Assembly: GCA_964586395.1 (NCBI GenBank)
Contig: CAZPGP010000001.1
Span: 1,865 to 65,864, forward strand
Origin: an uncultured Candidatus Saccharibacteria bacterium
GTDB lineage: Bacteria; Patescibacteriota; Saccharimonadia; Saccharimonadales; EFPC-124
Direction of reading: 5' to 3'
DNA: 64,000 bases
In this document: positions 24,644-34,600 of the stretch, one piece after another
Layout: each line of letters opens with the position of its first letter
Position numbering within the stretch: position 1 is the first letter of the stretch
Program-made: the position numbers and the translations under genes
Notes under the pieces: generated by a model
Databases searched by the model: none
What the model saw: only the letters and a program-made list of their open reading frames with translations
Told to the model about the DNA's origin: nothing

Positions 24644-27364
24644 ATGCGATATCGCATACGCGGTCCAATGACGAGATTCGTCCTCGTCCTCACGTTCATC
24701 ATGTCCGCCTTCCTGGGGCAAGGCACACCCGCCTATGCAGCTTCAGACACGGACTTTCTGAACACTGCCAACACTGCCGACATGGGCTACTACGGCACGT
24801 GCGGCCGGTACTGGCCGCTCATCAACCAGTTCGAGACGTTCCATGCGCCTGGCACCCAGGGGCGGCTGGCGTCATGGAAATTCAAGCTCACAACGAATGA
24901 GCTGAATAGCCTCAAGTGTCTGCGGCTGTTCGGTGCTGAGTTCGTGGAGCTGGACTTCAGGCTGATCGGATTCGGAGGGGCAGACAACTGGGAGAACTAC
25001 CAGATTCTCGGCACCAACCTGCCCGCAGCGATCAAAGACGTGGCCTTCGCCGATTCGGCGGCGAGCAGTACGCCTGGCGTCACGAACATCCTCGTCACAG
25101 ATCTGAAGCCCGACAAGGACTACTACGCCACGATCTACTGGCGGGATGATGGCGGCCTCTATCCTTCGGGTACAGATCAACGAGTGTCGTTCCAGTGGGT
25201 GCCAAGCCACTGGTCACAGACAGGCAATATCGTGGAGACCGGCTCATGCGCCAATAGCGTCTTTTCGAGGAACTGGGCGTGGTGCATTTTCGGTACGACG
25301 CGAGCCTTCGTCAGCAAGGGCTTCTTCGGAAGTGGCCTACCCTTCAACTCCGGGAATGGCTACGGCATCTGGTACAGCTCGCCCACAAGCAGCTCAACCA
25401 GCAGCAGCCAGCCGAGCAGCGGTTCGTGGAGCGATCCTCCCGCCGCAGTGCTCGTGCCGCCGCGTCCGCCAGACGACCCGTTTAGGCCGTCGGCGCTTCA
25501 GTACGGCGCGTCGGAGCTGAGCGTGTTCCAGCGAGATGCCGACAACCACGTCAAGAAGGACTCGTGGAACGGCTCAAGCTGGAGCGGCTTCGGGGACATG
25601 GGCGGGAACCTTCGCGGTAACCCCGCCTCGGTTCAGTACGGCAACCCGGCCGAGCTGGATGTGTTCTCTCGGAGCGCAGACGACCAGATCTACAAGAACA
25701 CGTGGAACGGGTCGTCATGGTCCGGGTGGAACTCGTTGGGCGGAGAGATGCAAGGCAGCCCCTCAGCCGTCGCCTACGGCAGCGAGCTGAGCGTGTTCTC
25801 CAGAGGAAGCAACAACGAGATCTGGAAGAACACGTGGAATGGCTCGAGCTGGTCGGGCTGGAATACGCTCGGCGGCGACATGGCTGGTAACCCTGTGGCC
25901 GTGAAGCACGGCAACGAACTGGACGTGTTCGCCAAGGCAACAAACGGTGGCGCGCTCATGAAGAACACCTGGAACGGCAGCTCGTGGTCCGGCTGGAATA
26001 GCCTGGGCGGCGTGGTTGCCGGAGAGATCTCGGCCGTCTCGTACGGTTCGGAACTCGACGTGTTCGTCCGTGGCACCAACGGCGAGGTCTGGAAGCAAAC
26101 CTGGAACGGGAGTTCCTGGTCCGGATGGAATTCACTCGGTGGCAGCGGCATCACGGGCGACCCGGTCGGCGTGAAGTACGGTAGCGAGCTGACGGTGTTC
26201 GTCCGCGGTGGCGACAACAAGCTGTACAAGAAGACCTGGAACGGTTCGAGCTGGGTCGGCTGGGACAGCTTGGAAGGCATCGTGGTCGGCAACCCGGCTG
26301 CGGTGCAGTACAACTCGGAACTCAGCGTGTTCGTGCGCGGTGTGACGGGAGCGATCTGGAAGAAAACTTGGAATGGTTCCTTCTGGAGTGGCTGGAATAA
26401 CCTCAGTGACCCACCGCCCCCGACGGCGTCGGCCGTGGACAACCTCCGCCCCGCTGCTCTGCAATACGGCAGCGAGATGGATGTCATCCAGGCCGGTGGC
26501 GACGGCAAGATCTACAAGGACACGTGGAACGGCTCTTCCTGGAGTGGCTTCAGCGGAATGGACGGCGATAGTCCGAACAACCCCGCCGTGGTCCACTACT
26601 ACGACGAGTTCGACGTGTTCATCCGCGGCGGAGATGGCCAGATCTACAAGAAGACGTGGAACGGCCAGTTCTGGAGCGGATGGAACTCACTCGGTGGCAA
26701 TATGGTCGGCGCACCGTCGGCCGTGGCCTACAACTCCGAGCTGAGCGTCTTCGCGCGAGGTGGAGACGGCCATATCTACAAAAATACCTGGAACGGTGTG
26801 GCGTGGAGTGGCTGGAACGATCTCGGCGGGAACATGGCTGGCAACCCCGTAGCCGTGCAGTACGGCAACGAACTGAGCGTCTTCGTGAAGGGAGGCGACG
26901 GGCAGCTTTACAAGAAGACGTGGAATGGCGAGTCGTGGTCGGGCTGGAACACATTGGGCGGTACGCTCGGTGGTGATCCTTCCGTGACTGTTCACGGCGG
27001 CCAGATGAGTGTCGTGATGCGCAGCAGCGTCGACGGCTGGATCTGGAAGATCACGTGGGACGGCAGCTCGTGGAGTTCTTGGACTCCTATGGGCGGCGGC
27101 TTCGCGGGAAACCCCACGATCATGGCCTACAACAGCGAGCTGAACATCTTCGCCCGGGGCGGAGACGGCCGCATCTACAAGAACACGTGGAACGGTTCCA
27201 CGTGGAGTGGCTTCAACGACCTGGGTGGCAACATGATCGGTGACGTGGCCGCCATCCAGTACAACTCCGAGATGAACGTGTTCGCCCGCGCAAGCGGCGA
27301 TCACAAGATCTACAAGAACACCTGGAACGGGAGTTCCTGGAGCGGGTGGAACTACCTGGGCTGA
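24644..27364 (+). CDS. Secreted 906-aa protein: signal peptide, a roughly 240-aa N-terminal domain, then 14 tandem Trp-rich repeats of about 47 aa (2 x 7) split by a Pro-rich linker. Predicted tandem seven-bladed beta-propellers, possibly lectin-like.
   Basis: Signal peptide MTRFVLVLTFIMSAFLGQGTPAYA. The repeat consensus YKNTWNGSSWSGWNSLGG.M.GNP.AVQYG.ELSVFVRGGDG was counted 14 times, with PPPPTASAV between repeats 7 and 8. Shine-Dalgarno GAAGGGA. GC3-rich codons unlike the neighbouring genes. Confidence 0.7.
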   Translation: MRYRIRGPMTRFVLVLTFIMSAFLGQGTPAYAASDTDFLNTANTADMGYYGTCGRYWPLINQFETFHAPGTQGRLASWKFKLTTNELNSLKCLRLFGAEFVELDFRLIGFGGADNWENYQILGTNLPAAIKDVAFADSAASSTPGVTNILVTDLKPDKDYYATIYWRDDGGLYPSGTDQRVSFQWVPSHWSQTGNIVETGSCANSVFSRNWAWCIFGTTRAFVSKGFFGSGLPFNSGNGYGIWYSSPTSSSTSSSQPSSGSWSDPPAAVLVPPRPPDDPFRPSALQYGASELSVFQRDADNHVKKDSWNGSSWSGFGDMGGNLRGNPASVQYGNPAELDVFSRSADDQIYKNTWNGSSWSGWNSLGGEMQGSPSAVAYGSELSVFSRGSNNEIWKNTWNGSSWSGWNTLGGDMAGNPVAVKHGNELDVFAKATNGGALMKNTWNGSSWSGWNSLGGVVAGEISAVSYGSELDVFVRGTNGEVWKQTWNGSSWSGWNSLGGSGITGDPVGVKYGSELTVFVRGGDNKLYKKTWNGSSWVGWDSLEGIVVGNPAAVQYNSELSVFVRGVTGAIWKKTWNGSFWSGWNNLSDPPPPTASAVDNLRPAALQYGSEMDVIQAGGDGKIYKDTWNGSSWSGFSGMDGDSPNNPAVVHYYDEFDVFIRGGDGQIYKKTWNGQFWSGWNSLGGNMVGAPSAVAYNSELSVFARGGDGHIYKNTWNGVAWSGWNDLGGNMAGNPVAVQYGNELSVFVKGGDGQLYKKTWNGESWSGWNTLGGTLGGDPSVTVHGGQMSVVMRSSVDGWIWKITWDGSSWSSWTPMGGGFAGNPTIMAYNSELNIFARGGDGRIYKNTWNGSTWSGFNDLGGNMIGDVAAIQYNSEMNVFARASGDHKIYKNTWNGSSWSGWNYLG
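25430..27364 (+). repeat. Intragenic tandem DNA repeats (about 141-bp unit, 14 copies, diverged)
   Basis: Recurrent tggaacggc/tggagcggctggaa... units. They generate the long spurious antisense ORFs listed by the ORF finder. Confidence 0.7.
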
Positions 27365-27381
27365 TCAAGCCCAACCTGCGA

Positions 27382-27425
27382 CCGGCCCGGCGTACTGCAC
27401 GACCTGCAGAAACGCCGGGCCGGCC
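27382..27425 (+). terminator. GC-rich hairpin (ACCGGCCCGGCG...CGCCGGGCCGGCC), a putative terminator of the repeat-protein gene
   Basis: A 12-bp perfect stem seen directly in the sequence, with a weak distal T-run. Confidence 0.4.
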
Positions 27426-27494
27426 AGGGCAACAACTCTAGAGCAAAATTTGTTTTTATGTCATAATGCTTTCAAACACCTAAAAACAAAAAAC

Positions 27495-29186
27495 ATGGAA
27501 TCATCAATCTTCGCCCAACTCAGCCTTGTTATTGCCGTCGTGGCCATCGTTTCGATTATCATGAAGCTCCTCCGCCAGCCGCTGATCGTTGGCTACATCC
27601 TGACCGGTATTCTGGTTGGACCGTCATTCCTGCACCTCATTCAGGACAAAGAAACTTTCGAAGGATTCAGCAAGATCGGTATCGCTCTCTTGCTGTTTAT
27701 CATCGGCCTTGGGCTGAACCTCGACATTATCCGCAAGCTCGGCAAGACAGTCCTGACCGTCGCCATCCTCGAGATCGGCGCCATGATGATCTTGGGCTAC
27801 CTGGTCTCTATTGCCATCGGGCTCAGCAGTATGGACGCGCTGTTCATTGGCGCAGCGCTGACGTTCAGCAGCACCATTATCATCGTGAAGGTCCTGAACG
27901 ACAAACGTGAGCAAACCCGTCTGTATGGCCAAATTTGTATCGGCATTCTGCTGGTCGAGGATATCGCGGCAACTATCGCGCTGTTAGTTCTATCAACCAA
28001 CGGCAACGGGGGCGGATTCTCGCCGCTTGAGCTGGGGATACTTGCAGCAAAAGGTATCGGCCTGGCCGGCATACTCGCACTGGTTAGCACCAAGATTCTC
28101 CCCCGCCTCAGCAAATTCATCGCCTCATCGCAGGAGCTCCTATTCCTGTTCGCTATCGCTTGGGGATTCGGCGTTGCAACGCTCTTCGCTATGGCCGGCT
28201 TCTCGCTCGAGGTTGGCGCGCTGTTTGCCGGAGTAAGCCTAGCAGGCCTGCCCTATGCGCAGGAAATCGCCGCCCGCCTGAAACCGCTGCGCGACTTCTT
28301 CGTTGTCGTATTCTTCATCGTTCTGGGCGAAGGCCTGGAATTACATAACCTCGGTCAGGCGATCCTGCCGGCAATTGCACTGTCACTGATCGTCATCCTA
28401 TTTAAGCCATTGATGGTCATGATGGGTCTGGGCTTCCTGGGCTACACTAAGCGCACAAGCTTCAAGGCCGGACTGCCGATCGCACAGATTAGTGAGTTCT
28501 CGCTGATCCTCATCGTCCTGGCGCAGAGCTATGGTCTCGTCACTCCGCAGACCAGCGCTATCGTGACACTTGTCGCTATCATCACTATCGGCGCCACAAC
28601 CTATCTGATGCACTACGACGACCAGCTATACGCCGGACTCGAGCACCGCCTGCGCCTATTTGAACGCCGCGTGGTCAAGGAAGACAATAAGTCCAATATC
28701 GATTACCCCATTGTGATGTTTGGCTACCACAAGGGCGGCCAAGAATTCGCCAAAGTCTTCCGTGAGATGCGCCGCCGATTCATCGTGGTAGACTACAACC
28801 CAGATGTCATCGAGCAGCTAGAACGCCAACGCATGAACTTCATGTACGGTGACGCCACCGACCCTGAGCTCTTGCATGAGCTCAACATCACCAAGACCAA
28901 ACTGATCGTCAGCGTCATGGTCGACTTCCCTACAAACCTCAGTCTGCTCAAGCACGTCGCCCACGAAAATCCAGATGCTATCTTCATCTGTCACGCCGAC
29001 ACGTTCGAGGAAGCCAATGAGCTCTACAACCACGGCGCGACATACATCATGATGCCGTACCTAATAGGCAGCGAAAAGATCGGCAACTTCCTGAAACGCA
29101 CCAGCCTCGACAAAAAAGACTTCGATAACTACCGCGACCGTCACCTTACGCAGCTCGAAAGTCAGCTGCGAGCTGCGCAGCGATAA
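27495..29186 (+). CDS. CPA2-family cation:proton antiporter (Kef-like) with a C-terminal RCK/TrkA-N domain
   Basis: About 12 TM segments, then a Rossmann-like domain IVMFGYHKGGQEFAKVF....VVDYNPD. The start was set at ATG 27495 (MESSIF...). Confidence 0.8.
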   Translation: MESSIFAQLSLVIAVVAIVSIIMKLLRQPLIVGYILTGILVGPSFLHLIQDKETFEGFSKIGIALLLFIIGLGLNLDIIRKLGKTVLTVAILEIGAMMILGYLVSIAIGLSSMDALFIGAALTFSSTIIIVKVLNDKREQTRLYGQICIGILLVEDIAATIALLVLSTNGNGGGFSPLELGILAAKGIGLAGILALVSTKILPRLSKFIASSQELLFLFAIAWGFGVATLFAMAGFSLEVGALFAGVSLAGLPYAQEIAARLKPLRDFFVVVFFIVLGEGLELHNLGQAILPAIALSLIVILFKPLMVMMGLGFLGYTKRTSFKAGLPIAQISEFSLILIVLAQSYGLVTPQTSAIVTLVAIITIGATTYLMHYDDQLYAGLEHRLRLFERRVVKEDNKSNIDYPIVMFGYHKGGQEFAKVFREMRRRFIVVDYNPDVIEQLERQRMNFMYGDATDPELLHELNITKTKLIVSVMVDFPTNLSLLKHVAHENPDAIFICHADTFEEANELYNHGATYIMMPYLIGSEKIGNFLKRTSLDKKDFDNYRDRHLTQLESQLRAAQR

Positions 29187-30972
29187 TCGCCTCTAGCTGC
29201 TCGGCAGCTGCGCCTTTGATCTGCTGACCCGCTTCGTCGGTATAGTGCAATTGCGCGCCGCCGACTACGGTCAGAAGTGTACGTCGGAACTTCGCACCAC
29301 CCAGCTCGTAGGTTTCGCCGTTCCGAAGCTTTGGTGAAATAATAGCAGCGCTCTGCTGTTCGTTGTCGGCCGAATCCTCGCGGTTACGGTTCGGATCGAG
29401 CAGTGACTTGGTCTCGCCTGTCGCTTTGTTCAGGACCATTCGACACTCATCATCCAGGCACTCAATAGTCGCCGTGCTGTCGCGGGCATCCACATTCTTT
29501 TCGCAGAACGGACAATGCACGTCGCGACGGATTGTGTAGCCGTACAGCTGGATACGCAGACAATGCGCAGCCTCTTCCTCTTGCATGCGTATCGCCTGTT
29601 CTAATGAAACGCCCAGCTGGTTTGCTAGTTTGGCTGCGGCGCCCATTCCTGTTTCGCCAGTGCTGAGGCCAGATACACCGGTTGCCGTTTCACAGCCAGC
29701 AAATGTTTCGCCATTGGCTGCGGCTTCCGAACCGTTTGCGCTCACGGCGTCGGCATAAGCTCCCATAAAATCCCCATCGTCGACATAGTTGAGCTGTTCG
29801 ACCTGGCCTGTCTCGTTGAACTGCCGGTAGAGGCGCGTGATGGTCGCGTGATGGTCGTAAATTAACAGCTCACGACAGCTGAGCGCCATATCGGCCGTAA
29901 CTTTACCGCCAAATAATTGAATGCGGAGACGGTCAAGCTTGTCTTGGGAGAGCACGCTCTGCCCTACCCCTTCTTGTGCGCTCAGGCATTTCAGTAAATA
30001 ACCCTGAAGATGCGGGCTCAGCTCTCGGCCACCGAGGTGCTGGGCTAGTAACTCATTAAAGGCCTTGTAACCAGCCCAATAATCCTCGGTGTGATCACGG
30101 AAAAATTCATGCGCATCGACAGAGTCGTCGACACGACCGAACTTGTGAGCCTCGCCCGTCTGAGCCTCCATGGCCGCGTCGTATATAGAGGCGCGCGCGG
30201 CAGTCACGACCTCAATAGGCTGGGAAGTTGTGTTCTCGTAGCTCAGGAACCGGCCATATTCGTGCGAAGTCAGCAATGCAAAGCTGACGTTGTCGTAGCC
30301 CGAAGCTTGCAGTACCGCGGCGTGTGCGGTCAAGTTGCTGCTGTCCAGACGGGTTGCGCTGAGCTCGAGCCGACCATCTGGCAATCGACGCGCAGTGTAG
30401 TCAAATGATTTGCGATTCTCGAGGTCGTAGAATCGTGAGTTCAATAGCCGCGTCGCTTCATCGCGGTCCACGGGCAGCTCATCTGGATTTGGGCACGCCG
30501 AGATCATATGAATCGTATCGGGCGAACTGTGGTCGCGCATCATCCGCTCGATAGCTTCATAGAACTCCATGAACAACTCGTCGCGGCGGAGCTGAAAGGC
30601 GAGTCCCGGCTCGTCAGCAACTGCGGCTCGCACATTATCCAAACCATTCTGGTACACATCACGCAAGGTTAGACGTGGATTCACGCCGTCAGCCTCCTTC
30701 ACGATGATATCTTGACCGTCATATCGGAACCGATCGACATGCATGTGCGGTGCGTTTAGAACCTCGGCACCCCAGGTCCGCTCCTCTACATCAAATCGTT
30801 CCCACGTCTCATCCAGGACCTGGCCGTGATTGCGAATGTCTTCAACCAGCATGCGCGTGCTCGCGAACCGGGGGTCGCCCGTCTCGCGCTGTTCCCATGC
30901 ACGATAGGCCTCGTACCGTTGCTGGTCCAAGTCAGCCCGCTGCTCCGCAATATTTACTGCCGCTACCGTCAT
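29146..30972 (-). CDS. Large acidic cytoplasmic hypothetical protein (608 aa) with a C-terminal Cys4 zinc ribbon (HCPFCEK...CLDDEC)
   Basis: Long uninterrupted ORF; no family recognised; its 3' end overlaps the convergent antiporter gene by 41 nt. Confidence 0.5.
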   Translation of the reverse strand: MTVAAVNIAEQRADLDQQRYEAYRAWEQRETGDPRFASTRMLVEDIRNHGQVLDETWERFDVEERTWGAEVLNAPHMHVDRFRYDGQDIIVKEADGVNPRLTLRDVYQNGLDNVRAAVADEPGLAFQLRRDELFMEFYEAIERMMRDHSSPDTIHMISACPNPDELPVDRDEATRLLNSRFYDLENRKSFDYTARRLPDGRLELSATRLDSSNLTAHAAVLQASGYDNVSFALLTSHEYGRFLSYENTTSQPIEVVTAARASIYDAAMEAQTGEAHKFGRVDDSVDAHEFFRDHTEDYWAGYKAFNELLAQHLGGRELSPHLQGYLLKCLSAQEGVGQSVLSQDKLDRLRIQLFGGKVTADMALSCRELLIYDHHATITRLYRQFNETGQVEQLNYVDDGDFMGAYADAVSANGSEAAANGETFAGCETATGVSGLSTGETGMGAAAKLANQLGVSLEQAIRMQEEEAAHCLRIQLYGYTIRRDVHCPFCEKNVDARDSTATIECLDDECRMVLNKATGETKSLLDPNRNREDSADNEQQSAAIISPKLRNGETYELGGAKFRRTLLTVVGGAQLHYTDEAGQQIKGAAAEQLEAIIAAQLAADFRAA

Positions 30973-31224
30973 TTGGAATATAAAAAACCTCTTCCCGTGC
31001 TAGAAAAGAGGCCTCAAAGAGACTTGCTTTGGCTCGCTTCCTGCTCGGGAATAACATTACACCTTGGGTGTGTCGGACTTCGAAACGCTGAGGTTTCGTT
31101 ACCGTTGCGGCACAGTTCACGATTCGCACGTGATTCCGCCCAAAGGAATGGATAATTGTTAAGTTTGGTCTACCTTAGTATACCACCACGGCTGGTGCTC
31201 CGTGCTGTAAAATACACACTATAC

Positions 31225-31650
31225 TTAGGGTTTGACTGTGCCTTGCGGCTGGGTCTGGCCTTGCGCTTGACCCTGGGCTGAATCGATAGCAACGGGGCCA
31301 ACATTGATAATCTGATTCTGTGATTCACGATACAAGATTGCGATGCGGCTCTTGGGATAGACCAAGACATGATCGCCATTCTCGACGTTCTTGAAGAACG
31401 GCTGATCCTTAACCTTACTCTTGTCGCTCACTTCCGCGACAGTTGGGTCTTCATCCTTGGGAAGGGCGTAGAGTTTGCCTACCTTACTGAGCAATCGCGC
31501 GGTGTTCTCTTTAGCTACAACGTCAGGGCTGTTCTTTAGGTCAGTGTATTGCTTATAGAAGAAGACCGCCAAGCCGCCGGCTATGACCAGCAAAATCGCC
31601 GAGATAATCAGAACTGGTTTGGTATGCACTCGCGGCAACGAAATAGCCAT
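31225..31650 (-). CDS. Small membrane-anchored protein (hypothetical), immediately downstream of the giant surface-protein gene
   Basis: N-terminal TM anchor plus a roughly 100-aa exterior and a Gln-rich tail; 49-bp gap to the giant gene. Confidence 0.45.
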   Translation of the reverse strand: MAISLPRVHTKPVLIISAILLVIAGGLAVFFYKQYTDLKNSPDVVAKENTARLLSKVGKLYALPKDEDPTVAEVSDKSKVKDQPFFKNVENGDHVLVYPKSRIAILYRESQNQIINVGPVAIDSAQGQAQGQTQPQGTVKP

Positions 31651-31699
31651 TAACTTCCTCCGATGTTATCTCTAATCTTAAGCGAGTTGAGCGCTAGCG

Positions 31700-34600
31700 T
31701 CAATTTGCCGCATTCGCGCTCAAGGCCGACCAGTTGAAATGGACATCGGCGGCCTGCGTTTGGCTGAGTTCTACCAGGAACTTATCCTTGGCGACTTCCT
31801 TCACTCGGTAGCTGCCACTGACGAATTCTTCTGGGGTGACGTTCACGACCGGCTTCTCGGTGTGCTGGCGGCTGAAGGTGACTGTGGCCGTCTTCTGCCC
31901 AGCTGGAATCGTAACCGTGCCAGCTGTGTTGCTGCTGAAGGTGACGTTCTTGTTGAAGGCGACGTTGCCGTCGAATGTAGCATCACCATTGAACTTGATA
32001 CCGCCGTTGAAGGTCACGAAGCCATTGAACGTTGCATCATTGGCGACCAAACCGCCGCTCCAAACACCCTGCTGGAAGGCGCTGAGGTTGGTCTTCTGGA
32101 AGCTGCCGTACAGGACCGAAATCTTCTTGTGCTTCTTGCCGCCGATTAGTTGTGTCTCGCCCGACCAAGTGACGTTCTGTGCAGCGCGCGCGATGACGTA
32201 GCTGGTTGGGAATTGACCTTCGTCTTTCATAGCGTGACCGGCTGTATCAGAGCTAATCAGGAAGTCACCCGGCTGGATATCCTGGCCGTCATCCACAACC
32301 CACATGTCGCCGTTACCGACGGCCGCAACCAGGTTTGCATTGTCGAACATATCGAACGGTAGCTCTGGATTCATGCGGCTCAGGAATGTGCCCATCGCGG
32401 CTGGATCGTTGGCGGTTGTCGTGCGCTCAACGCCGTAGGTTGGCTCGGCAGATTCATCCTGACCTGGGCGACTGTTGTTCTCACCGGTCATGCGGACTAA
32501 TTCGCCGCGTTGCAGGTTCTGGTTACTCCATGTGTAGTGCGAGCCAGTAAAGGCGTTGTAGCTGACCGTTGTACCGTTGATCGAGATCGAGCCTTGCAGT
32601 GTGCCAGCCTGCGCAAAGCCAAGCAGTGTGCCGGCGTTACTACGGTTGAAGTCCACCAGGTCACCACTTGGGCTGGTCGTCGGGTTGAAGTAAGTGTAGG
32701 TGCTCTTGAAGTCGGTGCGCGACTGGTCGTGATACAGGATCATGCCGATGTACTGCGTACCGGTAAAGCCTGCACCCGACCACGCCGAGAAGTACAGACC
32801 AGCGCCGGCAGCCTCAAAGTCTAGAGAACTGCCACTCGTGCGCATGCGGTACTGCTTGCCAGGTGTATCGATATTATCGGCGATTGTTAGGCCAGCTGTG
32901 TCCAGCTTTACGCGGTTCGTATCGTTATAGGACATGTAAATTCCGAGCCGGCCGTTTAGCTGTAATGCGTCGGTGTCGCCCGTACCGTACTCACCCACCC
33001 AGGCCTGGTCAACGTCACCGAAGTGCAAGCGACCGCCGCCGCCGAACGAACCGGTGCCCAGGATCATGACGCCCTCGTCTTCGATACGCATTCGCACATC
33101 GCCAGCTGCATCGTTGACCGTAAATCTAAGTCCGGCCAGACCATGAAGCTCTAGCACGTCGCTGTCAGTCGACTCCTCAGACTCACCAATAAAGATGTTG
33201 CCGACACCGCTTCCAAAGTCGCCGATATACATTTTTGCGCTCGCTGTCAAACCGCTGCTTACTTTGCCCAGCATTACACGGCTGTTTGTCGTGTCTACGC
33301 TGAGCATTTCGACGTTACCAGCGTTCAGAATGCGGAATGCAGCCGTGCTGTTGGTAGTGTTCTTGAGCGTTGTGGCGCCCGTGCTGCTAACCGTCAAGAA
33401 GTCAGCAGTTGCGTTGGCGAGCTGTAATGCGTCGCTGCTACCGCTTTGGTACACGCGTAGGCCTACCGTCGTACCCGTCGAGACATGTAGTTTGGCTGAC
33501 GGAGCGCCAGCAATAACACCAATCGCGACGCGCTCGTTCGTAGTGTCGACGCGTAGAATTTCGTTACCACCGCCGCCCACCGAAGCCTTCACAACCATAC
33601 TGCTCAAGCTGTTGGTTGCCGGCTGAATAGTCATATTGCTGGCGTAAACATCACCATATACTGCAGCCGTTTGGGTACCAACCGGCAGGGACGCAGTGTA
33701 AGCCGTCTCTGGAGTCCAATCCCATTGGCCGTTCGTGTCGATATTCAGCGTAGGCGCGTAGTACAAACGCTCGAAAGCAGTTGTGTTGCGAACCCACAGC
33801 TCGACAACCGTGCCGGCACCGTTGTTTTGTGTAGTTACCATCTTGAAGTCAGACGAAGTAATATTCTGAGCCGTACCGTTCATCGTGAGATTGAGTAGCG
33901 GTGCGCTGGCCAGCGGATCTTGCTGCTTCACGCGTGCGCTAATAGTCGCCTGGGTGTTGCCAGAGGTCGTGCCGTTCGTACCACCCAAGACATTTATGAC
34001 CGCCGCACATAACCCATACTGGAACGTAATAGTACAGCTACCCATCTTGGTCCACTTGTTGGCGTCGACGCCTAGCGTATCCGGCGTCCACATACCCGTC
34101 TGCTGAATTGCGCCTGTTACGTCCAATGCAGTTTGCGGCGTGGTGTTGTTAATGCCAACACGGTTATTGAGAGTGTCGACATCAAAGATACTGGAGTCGC
34201 CCGAGTCAACAATGTTGAAGCCGGTCGTCGAATCGGTCGTCGTCTTGTGGACGGTTGCACCTGTTCGGCTCACATTCATCACACTCGTGCCGCCGTTCTG
34301 GAGGTCGATCAGTCTGTTTACGCCACCACCAGCTGCCGTGTACGTTGGGTTAACCAACAGTGCGGTCGAGTTGCCGGCACCGCCACCGGCGAAGTTCACG
34401 ACCGGATTTACTGCAAGGCCGACAAATGTCGCGGTTGAGCTTGCCGTTGGGTTGAAGTTGGGCGAAATGACGTTAAACATCTTCGTACCGCTCGTATCGT
34501 TGTAGTCGCCGGAGCCGACGGAATAACGAATCGGGCTGCCACCCACCGAGCTTGCAACTTGCAGAATATCGGCGGTCTGGCCGCTGACTTGGCGAAGCTT

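Noticed and set aside
25551-27304. Four long minus-strand ORFs of 111-244 aa (25551-25943, 25774-26508, 26132-26596, 26687-27304) that are Arg/Pro/Ser-rich
   Set aside because: They lie antisense to the GC3-rich, internally repetitive propeller gene. The low-complexity Arg/Pro composition is the classic signature of reading a high-GC gene backwards. The + strand product has a signal peptide, an RBS and coherent repeats.
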